38,207 nt of DNA from Octopus bimaculoides (Eukaryota): positions 21,038,741 through 21,076,947 of the forward strand of contig NC_069007.1 in assembly GCF_001194135.2 (NCBI RefSeq). Reading direction: 5' to 3'. The translations under genes and the position numbers were made by a program. The notes under the pieces were generated by a model. The model did not search any database and was not told the DNA's origin. It saw nothing but the letters and a program-made list of their open reading frames with translations. The stretch's first letter is position 1. Each line of letters starts with the position of its first letter. Below are positions 22,392 through 34,323 of the stretch, in pieces.

Positions 22392-22431
22392 GCCCATCGT
22401 ACATACATATATATATATATATATATATACA

Positions 22432-22635
22432 TCATCATTTTCATCATTGTTTAACGTCAGCTTTCCATGCGGGCATGGGTTGGATGGTTTGACTGAGGTA
22501 TGGAGAGCCAGGATGCTGCACCAGGCTCCAATCTGATCTGGCAAGGTTTCTACAGCTGGATGCCCTTCCTAATGCCAACCACTCCAAGAGTGTAGTGGGT
22601 GCTTTTTACATGCTGCTGGCACGAGGGCCAGTCTG
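22432..22635 (-). mobile_element. RTE 3' UTR fragment
   Basis: TTTAACGTC...TTTCCATGC...CTACAGCTGGATGCCCTTCCTAATGCCAACCACTC. Confidence 0.7.
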
Positions 22636-24130
22636 GTGCATTTCATTAAGTAGTTCATCAATTGTGATTGAATTAAGGAGTATTAGAGGTTGAGGCTGGG
22701 TCTGTTGTTGTTGTTGTGGCGCTTGTCGTCGTTGTTACTGTTGAAAAGCATTTGAAGGGAAAACATTGATTGATGGTACTGGTAACGCACCCATACACAC
22801 GTGTACATATGAACATAGTCATTTTATTGCTACCAGTCACAGAATTATTATCAAGTTTGTGAATTCGCAAAGAAGGTAAGAAAAAATTTCCACCATTGGT
22901 ATTTTGGGTTTACAATTTGAAATTTTCCGAAATACACATTCAGAAAGGCTTTTTCAGCTGAGAAGATTCACACAATAATTTTTGTTTCTCTTTGAGCAAA
23001 GTTTATACAGAATTCCTTTTGTGTTTAATTAAAAAGGCATAACTTTGAAGTAATTGAAAAAATTTGCTTGAAATGAAATCAAAATACATAATTTTAAGAA
23101 ATTGTTACACTTACTACAATATTCTGCCTTAGAATTATTGTGAATTTCAGTGCTCATCTAGATTGTTTTGAAGCCATCCTAAGCATCACAGTCTGGCGAC
23201 AGACCCGAATATAGCACCAGAGTACTGAACCTAAAATTTATAAATTTATAAAACTTGGTTTCTTATGCCACAAATGACTTGCCCTGTCGTTATATATATC
23301 TAATTCATTATAAAGTGTTGGTTAAATTGTTCTTATTCAACTGACATTAGTGTAAGATCACTCAACGAAGTATATCTTTAAGGCCAGTGTACTACGGAGT
23401 ATTAGTACAATAATGAATCTCTACCGAAAAGGAAAACTGGAGCAATCATTGCTGAATTTACAATTTGATTGATCTAATGCTAAACAGAAGAGAATTGCAA
23501 ACTAAGTTTCGCAGTTCAAGGAAGGTTTTGCAGAGTCTTTGACTCCCTCATTGGATGATCTAGGACTGCCAACCAGTGCAGCAAAGTTTGATCCAAAGAT
23601 TTATGGAAATCAGAAAATTGACTTCTCGTCATAGAAACTGGGCCCATGAGCTTGGCTAGGCTTTAAAAGGGTGCATAAAAAAAAATTAAAAAAATATTGA
23701 AAACAATGGAAAGGATTTCATTGAAAAATTTAGGCTAAGGTTTCGATTCCTAGCTAAGGACCCAAGGAATGATTTCTTACAGGGGGTTGCTCCAACCCAA
23801 GAGACACTACGTTAATGCATTTACAATCCTTAAATACTTTTTGAATTTGGAATTCCAACAGTAAGAAGAATATTTTAGGTTCTGCAAATAAAAGACACCA
23901 ATGTGAGGAAATAATTTTTTATTTATTTTTTTATGCTGCTTAAGTCATAGAAAAGTAAAAGGAAATATTATTTGCAGGTATCACTGTTTGATAGGAATGG
24001 CAGTTTTGGAGATTGTTAAATGTTGAAATAGATGATATTCATTGAATTTCCATTATGTGGGGCCAAAACTTTTGGGTTTCACACACTAGATCCAACTTTT
24101 TTTTGAAAATGTGTTCACAACTAGGTACAA

Positions 24131-24510
24131 ACATGTGGTTAAGAAGCTTGCTCCCCAAACATGTTGGTCTTGGGTTCAGTTCCACTGTACTACATCTTGG
24201 GGAAAATGTCTTCTACTAAATCCCGAGCCAACCAAAGTCTTGTGTGAGGATTTGCAAGGCAGAAATTGAAAGAAGGTTAGTGTGTGCATATATATGTGTG
24301 TATGTGTATATGTATCTTAGTGTTGGTCTCCCGCCATTGCTTGACAGTCGGTGTTAGATTGTTTACACCCCAGTAACTTAGCGGTTCAGCAAAAGAGAGT
24401 AATGTACTAGAATTTAAAAATCAGTACTGGGGTGATTTGTTTGATTAAACTATTCAAAGCTGTGCTCCAGCATGGCTGCAGACCGGTGACTGAAACAAAT
24501 AAAAAAAATT
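24131..24510 (+). mobile_element. Diverged SINE1
   Basis: Head, core and ...CTCCAGCATGGCTGCAG...TGACTGAAAC tail. Confidence 0.7.
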
Positions 24511-24579
24511 AAAATGTAGTTGTTTGGGCAAATTACGAAGATACACCTCACATTAACGTGTTACTTCCAAACTATAATA

Positions 24580-25132
24580 CAGTAATACCTCACTTTACGA
24601 GACCCCGAGCTTACGAGTTTTATTTTATAATAAATATAAAGATTCAAATTTAGAACGAAGTGCAAAAGTTTCTACAACCATAACAAATGCTTCTGCATGT
24701 CACCAAGAAATTTACAGAAAGTGAAAAAAAAAAAAGCTTCTACTACGCAAAAAACCTCGACTTCTTTTTTTTAAAGAAATCTAAAAGTCCGTCTACGAGT
24801 GCTTGTGAATCGGCGATCACGTCTACAAGTGATGGTATGCTCAAGTCTAGTACGAGTGGAAGTGATTCAGAAAACAATAATAATAATGATATTTTTTATT
24901 ATAAATGGTCTTGACATTCTTTTTACTTTACATAAAATGTTCTTTACATTCTGCTGTTGTCTTAACGTCATTTATTTACGAGTATTATAAATTTTATAGG
25001 TAAAATATTTTTCTGGGAACGAATTACGATTTATAAGATTGCTACTTTGGAAAAATATTGTTCTGCTCTACGAGTTTTCGCTTTACGAACGGTCTCCAGA
25101 AACAAATTAACTCGTATATAGAGGCATTGCTG
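24580..25132 (+). mobile_element. Tigger/pogo-like non-autonomous DNA transposon (553 bp)
   Basis: TA on both flanks; TIRs CAGTAATACCTCACTTTACGAG and CAGCAATGCCTCTATATACGAG (17/22); subterminal TTACGAG repeats; internal KKKASTTQKTSTSFF relic. Confidence 0.75.
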
Positions 25133-25659
25133 TATATTGCGATCTTTCGGAGAAACTATATAAAAACTGAAAGTACTTGTTCGGCAATTTCCATAAAATC
25201 TTTTATTTTTTTCACATGAATATTTTATGTTTGTGCATTTTTGTATGTGTGTATGTATGTATATTTGCTTATATAAGTGTACGTATGTATACGTTTAGGT
25301 GCATGTATGTCTATTTATTTTTGTATTGTGTTTCTATGATAAGATATGATAAGAATTTCAACATGAACTTAATATTTTTTACTGTTACTTGACTGCTTTG
25401 CGTGTGGGAACTTGAGAGGGGGGGAAAAAGCGCGTATTCAAAACCGATTGAAATAAATTATATGCATAAACACTAACGTGGCAGACGGGATACATTTTTT
25501 TCGGAGTCGCGACTGAAGTAAAAAAAAAAGAAAGAAATGACCTATAAGCGTTGATATCGATAATACATATTAAGATAGTAGTATTGCTGATGCCGATAAT
25601 GGTGAATATGAGGAATTACTAAATAAGCCACTTTAAATACAAATTTTACATTAAGTTCC

Positions 25660-26205
25660 CCAGACTGATGTTAAAAGTAGAGTTATTTCCCCTTGTTTAC
25701 TAATTGCTAAATCCAATTAATTCTGTTTATTTCCTGTTATTTCATACACTTCTATATTATTTGATCAGTTCCACTTTACAACTGATATTTAAGAGAAAAC
25801 CCAGTTAAATATACATGGTTGGTAATTAATTGTATAAAGAAATAGATACGACATTCTTTATTATATTGACTTACAAAGCATAAATTAACGTTTGTTGTAA
25901 AAAATCTAGAAATTCTCTTGAAGCTGTCATTGTCCACTCTGACTTCCGTTCTCACTCCTTCAACATATCGTCACATCTTCCCCGTCGACTCTCTCTTTCT
26001 ATATATATATATATATTGTAATATGTAAGTATTATATTTATATAAACATTTATATTGTAAAATCACGTACGTTTATGTTTATTTTAATGCTTCCAATAAA
26101 CTGAAAAATGAACATTACCGAAGGGAAGAATGTTGTTTTATTACGTTCACCTTTTTCGTTTTCCTTTCAAAATTCCATTCTAGTTTTCGATATTCCTTAT
26201 AATTT
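25660..26205 (+). promoter_or_regulatory. Conserved ZNF upstream module of ZNF B (donor GTAAGT at 26025; partial second copy 26420-26540 with donor at 26519)
   Basis: Homology to the A and D modules, e.g. ATCTAGAAATTCTCTTGAAGCTGTCATTGTCCACT. Confidence 0.55.
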
Positions 26206-26596
26206 GTATTTCATAACGGCAGTTTACTCCTTGGATTAAATGTCATTTACCTTTATTTCTACCAAAGAGAATACTGGCGTAATTCCAAAGAAATGACCAA
26301 TGTATAAAAACATCATACCTTACTGAAAATACCGATACCAGTCGTAATCGTCATCACCTGAAACATGAAATAGATAACTATCAGCATTCTTTTACGTTGA
26401 TCCCAAAAACGTTTGATGCAAACATCTAGAAATCATATTACCCATTTTGACTTTAGTTCTGACTCTTGGACATACTGTCGCATCTTTGTTGATTCTTTCT
26501 GTGTATATATAGTAAAATGTAAGTATTGTTCGTTATGTTCAACAACAAAGTGGAAACAAAAACATTTTCACGAAAGTTAATATATTTTTTTCTACT

Positions 26597-27048
26597 CCAG
26601 GCACAAGGCCCGAAATTTGTGAGGAGGGGCCAGTCGATTAGATCAACCCCAGTACGCAACTGGTACTTAATTTATCGACTCCGAAAGGATGGAAGGCAAA
26701 GTCGACCTCGGCGGAATTTGAACTCAGAACATAAAAAAAAGTTAGGGTATTGTCTTAAGAATCAACGTATTTCGTTTCATTTCAAGATTCCATTTTCGTT
26801 ATTTTCCACGTCATAAAGTTTGGATTTCTGAACTAGAAAAACAGGTTTACATTTATCAACGTTAGGGCGACGACCTGGCAGAATCGTATCCCGCCGGGCG
26901 GAATGCTTAGCGACATTTCGTCCGTGTTTATGTTCTGAATTCAGATTCTGCCGAGTTCGAATTTCCCTTTCATCCTCTCGGGTTCGATTTAATCGACTCA
27001 TCCCCTGCCCCCAAATTGCTGCCCTTGTGGCAAAATTTGAGATCAGCA
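26597..27048. mobile_element. Inverted SINE2 pair (26597-26735 minus, 26872-27048 plus)
   Basis: Mutually complementary cores ~140 bp apart. Confidence 0.75.
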
Positions 27049-27389
27049 TTTCTCATCGTCAGCTCAATACTTTGTTAAAGTACCATTTCGAGTAAACTTG
27101 ATAACTTTTATCGAACGTCAGTAATTCAAAATGATAATGGTCTTCTTATTTCATTTTATAAAGTTGGTGAAACATCAATATTGTATTTGCCACCAAATTG
27201 TCTGAAATCAGTGATTAAGAAGGTTTAAAAAAAACACTAGTTCGTTCTCTAAACTATGACGTTCAGAAATCTAATACCAAAACACAGTTAAACATTTAGC
27301 AGGATTTTGGTATCTGCCCTCAAATATTCAATATTTACCTCCTTGCAATAGTCTTAATGCAGCTCAAGCGTCGGCCAAACAGTGTAATG

Positions 27390-27790
27390 GGTGATTTTAT
27401 GTGCCATCTGCGTGACACTAGTATCTGCTACGACTGCGATTTTGCCGGCCCGAGGGTCTTCCTCTCAAGCACAACATAATGCCAATGGTTTCAGTCATTG
27501 CCTCCATGAGACCCAACGCTCAAAAGCAATTCAGCGTCTTTGCCTCCATGAGGCCCAACGCTCGAAAGGAACTCGGTCTCCTTGCCTCCATGAGGCCCAG
27601 TGCTTATATGTATATGTTTGTGTTTGTCCCTCACCATTGCTTGACAACTGATGTTGGTCTGTTTATGTCCTCGTAACTTAGCAGTTCAGTAAAAGAGACC
27701 AATAGAATAAGTCCTGGGGTCAATTTGTTTGATTAAAGGCAGTGCTCCAGCATGACTGCAGTTAAATGACTGAAACAAGTAAAAGAATAA
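27390..27790. mobile_element. Probable RTE 3' UTR fragment (minus) with 3 x 42-bp subrepeats, fused to a SINE1 tail (plus)
   Basis: TTGCCTCCATGAG at 27498, 27540 and 27582; SINE1 tail from about 27600. Confidence 0.55.
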
Positions 27791-28201
27791 AAAATACAGT
27801 GGATAATTTCAGATGTTTAGCTACAAGTTCATATCTAATTTATCGATATAAAATTTCCATTGTCAAATCAAAGTTCTATCTATATATTGTCCTTTTTTCT
27901 TTATTATTTCAGACTATCTGACGACATTGGTTAAAAGAATTTCTAACTGCAGATGTATCAGAACATATACAATCCTGTTTATATAAATCTGTGAAATATT
28001 TTCTCTCAGTGAAATTATTAGCAAAATTTCTCTATTCCTGATGAATAAAACTCTATGATGCTACGGGATTTTTATCAAACTTGGATTAAGTTGTGAAAGA
28101 ATTTGAAGCAATTTCAAACAGCAACAAAGATCACAGTTGATGGAAATATAGTGGAAGACATATTTGGTAGGACTAAAATATCCAAACGAAAAAGAAGAAA
28201 C

Positions 28202-29308
28202 ATGATGCAAAATGAATTTTGTGAGAACCAGTATCAATGCAAAACAGAAACACAAAACATTGGTTCCCCTAAGGAGAAGCTGAAGGTTCAAGGGAAAACA
28301 ACGTATCAGTGTGATATTTGTGAAAAATCATTGTCTCAAAAAGGTCACCTAATTACCCATAAGCGTATTCATACTGGAGAGAAACCATATCACTGTGATA
28401 TCTGTGATAAATCATTCTCTCAAGGTGGTTATTTGACTGAACACAAACGCATTCATGCCGGGGAGAAGTTGCATCACTGTAAGGTTTGTGGGAAGTCGTT
28501 TTGTAGAAGTAGTAACTTAGCTATTCACAAGCGTATTCACACAGGAGTAAAACCATATCGTTGTAATATCTGTGGTGAATCGTTTTCACATGGAAATAAC
28601 TTAACCAAACACATACGTATTCATACAGGAGAGAAGCCATATCAGTGTGATATCTGTGGTAAATCATTCTCTCAAAATGGTCATTTAACTGGACACAAAC
28701 GCATTCATACTGGAGAGAAACCATTTCATTGTGATATCTGTGGCAAATCATTCTCTGTAAATGGTGAGTTAAGTCAACATAAGCGCATTCATACCGGAGA
28801 GAAGCCATATGACTGTGATATCTGTGGTAAGTCCTTCTCTCGAAATGATCATTTAACTATACACAAAGATATTCATACAGGAGAGAAGCCCTATCACTGT
28901 GATGTCTGTGGGAAATTGTTCTCCCTCTCAAGTAACCTAACTGCTCACAAACGTATTCACACAGGAGAGAAACCATTTCACTGTGAGACCTGTGGTAAGT
29001 TGTTTTCTCGAAGTGGTGACTTAACCACTCACGAACGCATTCATACAGGAGAGAAACCATATGATTGTGATATCTGTGGTAAATCCTTTTCTGTAACAAG
29101 TCAATTAACTAAACACAAACGCATTCATACAGGGGAGAAACCATATCATTGTGATATCTGTGGTAAATCATTTTCTCAAAACGGACACTTAACTCAACAC
29201 AGACGCATTCATACGGGAGAGAAACCATACAAATGCGATATCTGTGGTAAATCATTTTCTCAAAAAAGTCACTTGACTATACATGCTTGTATTAATACAG
29301 AGGAGTAG
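28202..29308 (+). CDS. ZNF B: C2H2 zinc-finger protein, 11 intact fingers + 1 degenerate, 368 aa from the first ATG
   Basis: The ORF track starts at TTG 28103; the first ATG is 28202. The last finger ends HACIN (His to Asn). Candidate acceptor TTTCAG at 27912. Confidence 0.92.
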   Translation: MMQNEFCENQYQCKTETQNIGSPKEKLKVQGKTTYQCDICEKSLSQKGHLITHKRIHTGEKPYHCDICDKSFSQGGYLTEHKRIHAGEKLHHCKVCGKSFCRSSNLAIHKRIHTGVKPYRCNICGESFSHGNNLTKHIRIHTGEKPYQCDICGKSFSQNGHLTGHKRIHTGEKPFHCDICGKSFSVNGELSQHKRIHTGEKPYDCDICGKSFSRNDHLTIHKDIHTGEKPYHCDVCGKLFSLSSNLTAHKRIHTGEKPFHCETCGKLFSRSGDLTTHERIHTGEKPYDCDICGKSFSVTSQLTKHKRIHTGEKPYHCDICGKSFSQNGHLTQHRRIHTGEKPYKCDICGKSFSQKSHLTIHACINTEE

Positions 29309-29497
29309 TCACTCTATGCAGAGGAAAAAATGTCTTTAATAATAAATATATTCACCAGAAAGGAGATATAACAGTGGGATAACTAACTCCCCAAACTATG
29401 TTGTATTTTATCATAATAATATATTTGTGAGATAAATGATATTTTTAATAAAAGCATTCATAATCATCATATATGTTCTATTTAATATATTTTCAAG

Positions 29498-29900
29498 TAT
29501 GGCTGTGTGGTAAGAAGTTTGCTTCCCAACCACATGGTTCCAGGTTCAATTCCACTGCATGGCACCTTGAACAAATGTCTTCCATTATAGCTTTGGGTCG
29601 ACAAAAGCTTTGTGAGTGGATTTTGTAGATGGAAAGTGAAAGAAGCCTATAATATATAGATCATCATTATCATCATTTAACGTCTGCTGGCATGGATCGG
29701 ACAGTTTGAAAGGAGCCGGCCAGGCAGAAGCCTGCACCAAACTTCTGTGACTGTTTTGGCAGGATTTTTACAGCTGGATGCCCTGCCTAACACCAACCAC
29801 CTGTCCACCCACAACAGACTCCTCTCACTTTCCATCATTCAAATCCACTCACAAGTTTTTGGTTGACCCAGGGCTATAGGAAAAAGCACTTGCCTTATAT
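29498..29900. mobile_element. SINE1 head (+, 29498-29650), RTE 3' fragment (-, 29665-29800), SINE1 fragment (-)
   Basis: Matches to the families defined above. Confidence 0.65.
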
Positions 29901-29913
29901 ATATTTATATATA

Positions 29914-30056
29914 CAGGTGTGGCCAAAAGTCACCCGACAGTAAATCAAAATTCCATAAATATTATCTGTTGTTCTGTATTGACTCAAATGGAAAAATGTG
30001 TCATTCAAGGACTTCAGTTTGAACAATTTTCATGATGTTTCATATTTAGATGCTTT
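29914..30056 (+). mobile_element. Tc1/mariner-like element left end (truncated by gap)
   Basis: TA followed by CAGGTGTGGCCAAAAGT, similar to the TIR start at 8724. Confidence 0.45.
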
Positions 30057-30378
30057 NNNNNNNNNNNNNNNNNNNNNNNNNNNNNNNNNNNNNNNNNNNN
30101 NNNNNNNNNNNNNNNNNNNNNNNNNNNNNNNNNNNNNNNNNNNNNNNNNNNNNNNNNNNNNNNNNNNNNNNNNNNNNNNNNNNNNNNNNNNNNNNNNNNN
30201 NNNNNNNNNNNNNNNNNNNNNNNNNNNNNNNNNNNNNNNNNNNNNNNNNNNNNNNNNNNNNNNNNNNNNNNNNNNNNNNNNNNNNNNNNNNNNNNNNNNN
30301 NNNNNNNNNNNNNNNNNNNNNNNNNNNNNNNNNNNNNNNNNNNNNNNNNNNNNNNNNNNNNNNNNNNNNNNNNNNNNN

Positions 30379-30669
30379 TTGAGCGAAAACACCTAAAACT
30401 CCACGAGGCTCCGGCAGAGGATGGTGGCGAACCCTGCTGTACTCTTCCACCACAACTTTCTCTCACTCTTACTTCCTGTTTCTGTTGTGCCTGTAATTCA
30501 AAGGGTCAGCCTTGTCACACTGTGTCACGCTGAATATCCCCGAGAACTACGTTAAGGGTACACGTGTCTGTGGAGTGCTCAGCCACTTGCACGTTAATTT
30601 CACGAGCAGGCTGTTCCGTTGATCGACTGGAACCCTCGACGTCGTAAGCGACGGAGTGCCAAGAACAAC
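30379..30669 (+). mobile_element. SINE family 3 body and tail
   Basis: 30379-30482 matches 37206-37310; the tail matches the reverse complement of 11405-11605; ends in a CAA-type repeat. Confidence 0.7.
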
Positions 30670-31141
30670 AGGGGCTTACTATTTCTAGCAGATCGAATGA
30701 TCGTGTAGAAGTTCCCTAGTTTATGCGATACTTAATAGTTATTTCGTTTGGTTGATGAGGGATACAATTATAGGAGCAAGATGATAGTAATAGATATTTC
30801 TAGATATTAAATTCAAATAACGATAAACGTAAACAAACAAACGAGGTTTGCTTTTAGAAGCGTTGACATGTCTTAGAAAGTTAAAGAAGTGATTTTAAAT
30901 TCTCAATCGCAGGATAATGCTAATAATATAGCCTGAACAGGATAAACTACCCCTATTTTGCAGAAAAAAGTGTAGGCGGTTAGCTATGAGATATTTCTAA
31001 ATGTTTTAAATTCTGCTACCGGTATTATTGAGACGAGGGGAAAATTATCAAACGACACCGCCGAGCACATGTCAACAGTCCAAACCAAACCGAACTACAG
31101 AGAAATTTCTAAACCTTTTAAGAATTCTTCGAGAATTAATA

Positions 31142-32266
31142 ATGGAAGACGATAATCCCTTGGACACTTCTCACACTACATTAATTCATGATATAGATAC
31201 AATTAATAAGACACGCAGTGAAACATTTATTAAACAAGAATCAATACAGAGAAATATTAGAGAATTCTGTTCTGGAAATGAAGTCTTCACACATCAGGAG
31301 GAGATCCATAACAGGAATAGATCGTTCCACTGCGAAACATGTGGCAAATCGTTCTCGCAGAATTCCCATCTGGTTGTTCACGTACGCAGTCATACTGGAG
31401 AGAAACCATTCCATTGTGAAATATGTGACAAGTCTTTCGTTTCCAGCAGCAGTTTAACCAAACACCAGATATTACACACTGGAGAAAAGCCATTCCACTG
31501 TGAAATATGTGGGAAATCGTTTACCAATAATTCAAACCTTGTTGTTCACAAACGTAGTCACACTGGAGAGAAACCATTCCATTGCGAAATATGTAAGAAA
31601 TCTTTTGTCGATAACAGCAATTTAACGAAACACAAGATAATTCACACTGGAGCAAAGCCTTATTCCTGTGAGGTATGTGGGATATCTTTTGTCTATAATA
31701 CTAATTTAAAAACTCACAGAATAATACATAGTGGAGAAAAACCGTTCCATTGTGAAATATGTGGGACATCTTTTACCAATAACTCGAATCTAATCATCCA
31801 TATACGAAGTCACACTGGTGAGAAACCATTCTGTTGCGAAACATGCGGGAAATCTTTCGTTGATAACAGTAGTTTAACAAAACACAAACGAATACACACT
31901 GGAGAGAAACCTTGTCATTGTGAAATATGTGGAAGATATTTTGCATGTAACAGTATTCTAACGAAACACAAACGAATACACAGTGGGGAAAAGCCGTTTC
32001 CTTGTGAAATATGTGGGAAATCGTTCTCTCAGAATTCAAATCTTGTTATCCACAAACGTAGTCACACTGGAGAGAAACCATATAATTGTGAAATATGTAG
32101 GAAATCGTTCTCTGTTAATTCGCATCTCGTAATTCACAGAAGAAAACACACCGGAGAAAAACCTTATGATTGTTGTATTTGCGGGGAATCTTTCGTTTCT
32201 AGCAGTAATTTATCAAGACACAAACAAATACACGTTGGGCGGAAGCCTTTTAACAGTGAAACTTGA
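31142..32266 (+). CDS. ZNF C: C2H2 zinc-finger protein, 11 fingers of a distinct CEIC/FH subtype, 374 aa from the first ATG
   Basis: The ORF track starts at TTG 31028; the first ATG is 31142. 11 x C2H2 with TGEKP linkers. Confidence 0.92.
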   Translation: MEDDNPLDTSHTTLIHDIDTINKTRSETFIKQESIQRNIREFCSGNEVFTHQEEIHNRNRSFHCETCGKSFSQNSHLVVHVRSHTGEKPFHCEICDKSFVSSSSLTKHQILHTGEKPFHCEICGKSFTNNSNLVVHKRSHTGEKPFHCEICKKSFVDNSNLTKHKIIHTGAKPYSCEVCGISFVYNTNLKTHRIIHSGEKPFHCEICGTSFTNNSNLIIHIRSHTGEKPFCCETCGKSFVDNSSLTKHKRIHTGEKPCHCEICGRYFACNSILTKHKRIHSGEKPFPCEICGKSFSQNSNLVIHKRSHTGEKPYNCEICRKSFSVNSHLVIHRRKHTGEKPYDCCICGESFVSSSNLSRHKQIHVGRKPFNSET

Positions 32267-32384
32267 GAGAAATCGTTCTCTTGTAAATCTAAAACTATAT
32301 ATTTGGTCCGAGTGATTGCCATGTATAGTTTCCCATGCCACCGATCTGTCTCCATCGGAGGAGATTTTTCATGAAATATAATCT

Positions 32385-32755
32385 TTCACTTGTTTCAGTC
32401 ATTAAGCTGCAGCCATGTTGGGGCACCTCCTTGAAGAATTTGTTGTCGAATGATTCGACTTCAGTACTTTTTTTTCTTTTGAGCTTGGTACTTATTTTAT
32501 CGTACTCTTTTGCCGAACTGCTAAATTATGAAGACGTAAACATACCAATACTAGTTGTCAAGCGGTGTGTGTGTGTGTGGGGGGGGGGAGGGACAAAACA
32601 ACGGTACACACATACACGACGGGCTTCTTTCAGTTTCTGTTTACCAAATTCACTCACAAGGCTTCGGTCGACCCTAGGATATACTTGCCCAAGATGCCAC
32701 GATGTGGGACTAAACCTGAAGCAATGTTATTGGGAAGCAATCTTCTTACCACATG
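32385..32755 (-). mobile_element. Diverged near full-length SINE1 downstream of ZNF C
   Basis: Same layout as 8987-9418. Confidence 0.75.
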
Positions 32756-33437
32756 TCCACGATCGGAAATAATCTTGTAATTCCCATGTTATTGTCGACC
32801 ACGTCTACTCCCATGTGGAGGAAACACTTTCACTTGACTATTTAGAAAATCCTTATTTGTAGTTGTTGACTAATAAATATACAATAATCAAAAAATTCTA
32901 GCCATGTTAAAATATGTCTGGATGCCCTTCCAGACATGTACACACACACAAGGAGGTGCTGGGAAATTCCTGGTTTTGGGTAAAAGAAAATATGGTAGGA
33001 TCAGTTAATTATTCCCCTCACAGATTCAAACACTTATTGCAGTGGTCCTTCAGTTTTTCTAAGCCCTGCAAAAAGAACTCGGAAGGTTGGGCCTCCAGCC
33101 AGGCCTTTCATGATACCCTTAAAGCCAGGAACTTTTCAGCCCCCTTGTATGTGTATATATACACATATATATAAGTAAGATCACAAATGGGCTGAGGTTC
33201 ACTATAGCTGTTTCAGACATATTTTTTATTGATGAATAAATCAATTACATCATGAAAAAAAATTCAAATCCAAAATTTAAGATTTGGTTCTTAACAGTGA
33301 TGATCAGAGATTCAATTGGATCCTGCAATTAATTAATTAATTATATATCTATATGATGTATATAAATAATGTGTGTGATGGCGTGAGCTCTATAAGTAAT
33401 TTTAACCCTTCTGATTCCAAGTCAAGTTTTGTAGTAT

Positions 33438-33600
33438 CATGGTCCATTCAAGTAGGGTGTTGTTGACTGAGATGTATCCAGATAGAGGTATTCCTTGAAG
33501 AAATTTGTTCCAGTCTCTTTAGAAGGTGATGGGATCTTTTTCTTCTTTGATTTGTTTGGGACCATGTTAAATAGAGCAGATATATTGATGAAACTCTAGA
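33438..33600 (-). mobile_element. Possible CR1/L2-group LINE C-terminal relic
   Basis: Frameshifted minus-strand reading ...LFNMVP...DPITF*RDWNKFLQGIPLSGYISVNNTLLEW resembles the LFNxLP...FKxxLDxFLxxIPD...GY...NSL tail of these ORFs. Confidence 0.4.
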
Positions 33601-33981
33601 AGACCCAGAATATCTATAAGATATACTGACATCTTCTTATGATGTAATCAAATATTACCTTTCATGTTTGTGTATTTCTAATACAAGAACCATTTAATGA
33701 TGGAATCTCGGATTTATGAGATTGCATTATTCAGATATTTAACCCACAATATAAAAAAAAATTTTTTAATTAATAGGAAATTTTTCCCCTTCTAAAAATA
33801 TGTTAAATGATATATATATATGAGCATTATGAATAAATGTTTTTATTGAAAAAATCACAGTGGTATAGTATTTTGTTGTAATATTTTGGGATGGTCGGGG
33901 TTTTTTTTGCCAATACAGGCATTATACATTAATTCTTCACTTCAGATTTATTTTATTATTGTTCTTAATATGTGTGTGTAT

Positions 33982-34043
33982 GTAAGGTTTTTCTATCTCC
34001 AATTTGAAATGAGGTTATATGCCCCGCAATCAGAGTCCGGCGA
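33982..34043 (+). repeat. 62-bp element forming an inverted pair with 36246-36306 around ZNF D
   Basis: 57/62 identity to the reverse complement of 36246-36306; both copies have (TG)n on the outer side. Confidence 0.85.
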
Positions 34044-34060
34044 GCTGATGTACGAATACA

Positions 34061-34323
34061 TTAATTTCTACGTAGAATGCTTTTATAGTTCTTCATGAAT
34101 GCAGATATGTGTAGTTGTCTCCCCTGAGAAAATGAATTAATACAGATGTCACAGTGACAGCATTTCTCACTCTTGTATGAATGTACTTGCAGCATTAATT
34201 TAACTGAAACCACTTTGAGGGGCAGTGAAATGGCTTCCCTTTTATATGAATGCATATGTGTATCAATAAGTAATCATTTTCAGAAATTAATTTACTTTCG
34301 ATATCATAGTGATATGATTACTG
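34061..34323 (-). pseudogene. About three decayed C2H2 fingers downstream of the ZNF D stop
   Basis: In frame after the stop: Q*SYHYDIESKLISENDYLLIHICIHIKGKPFHC; then frameshifted ...EKCCHCDICINSFSQG. Confidence 0.75.

Noticed and set aside
27498-27600. Three 42-bp repeats with a palindromic core (GCCTC-CAT-GAGGC), superficially CRISPR-like
   Set aside because: Eukaryotic context, no cas genes, and the 'spacers' resemble each other. It is a tandem subrepeat inside a retroelement 3' UTR fragment.
25555-27848. DRE-like TATCGATA at 25555 and 27841 near ZNF B
   Set aside because: Not conserved at the paralogous positions of A or D, and an AT-rich 8-mer is expected by chance.
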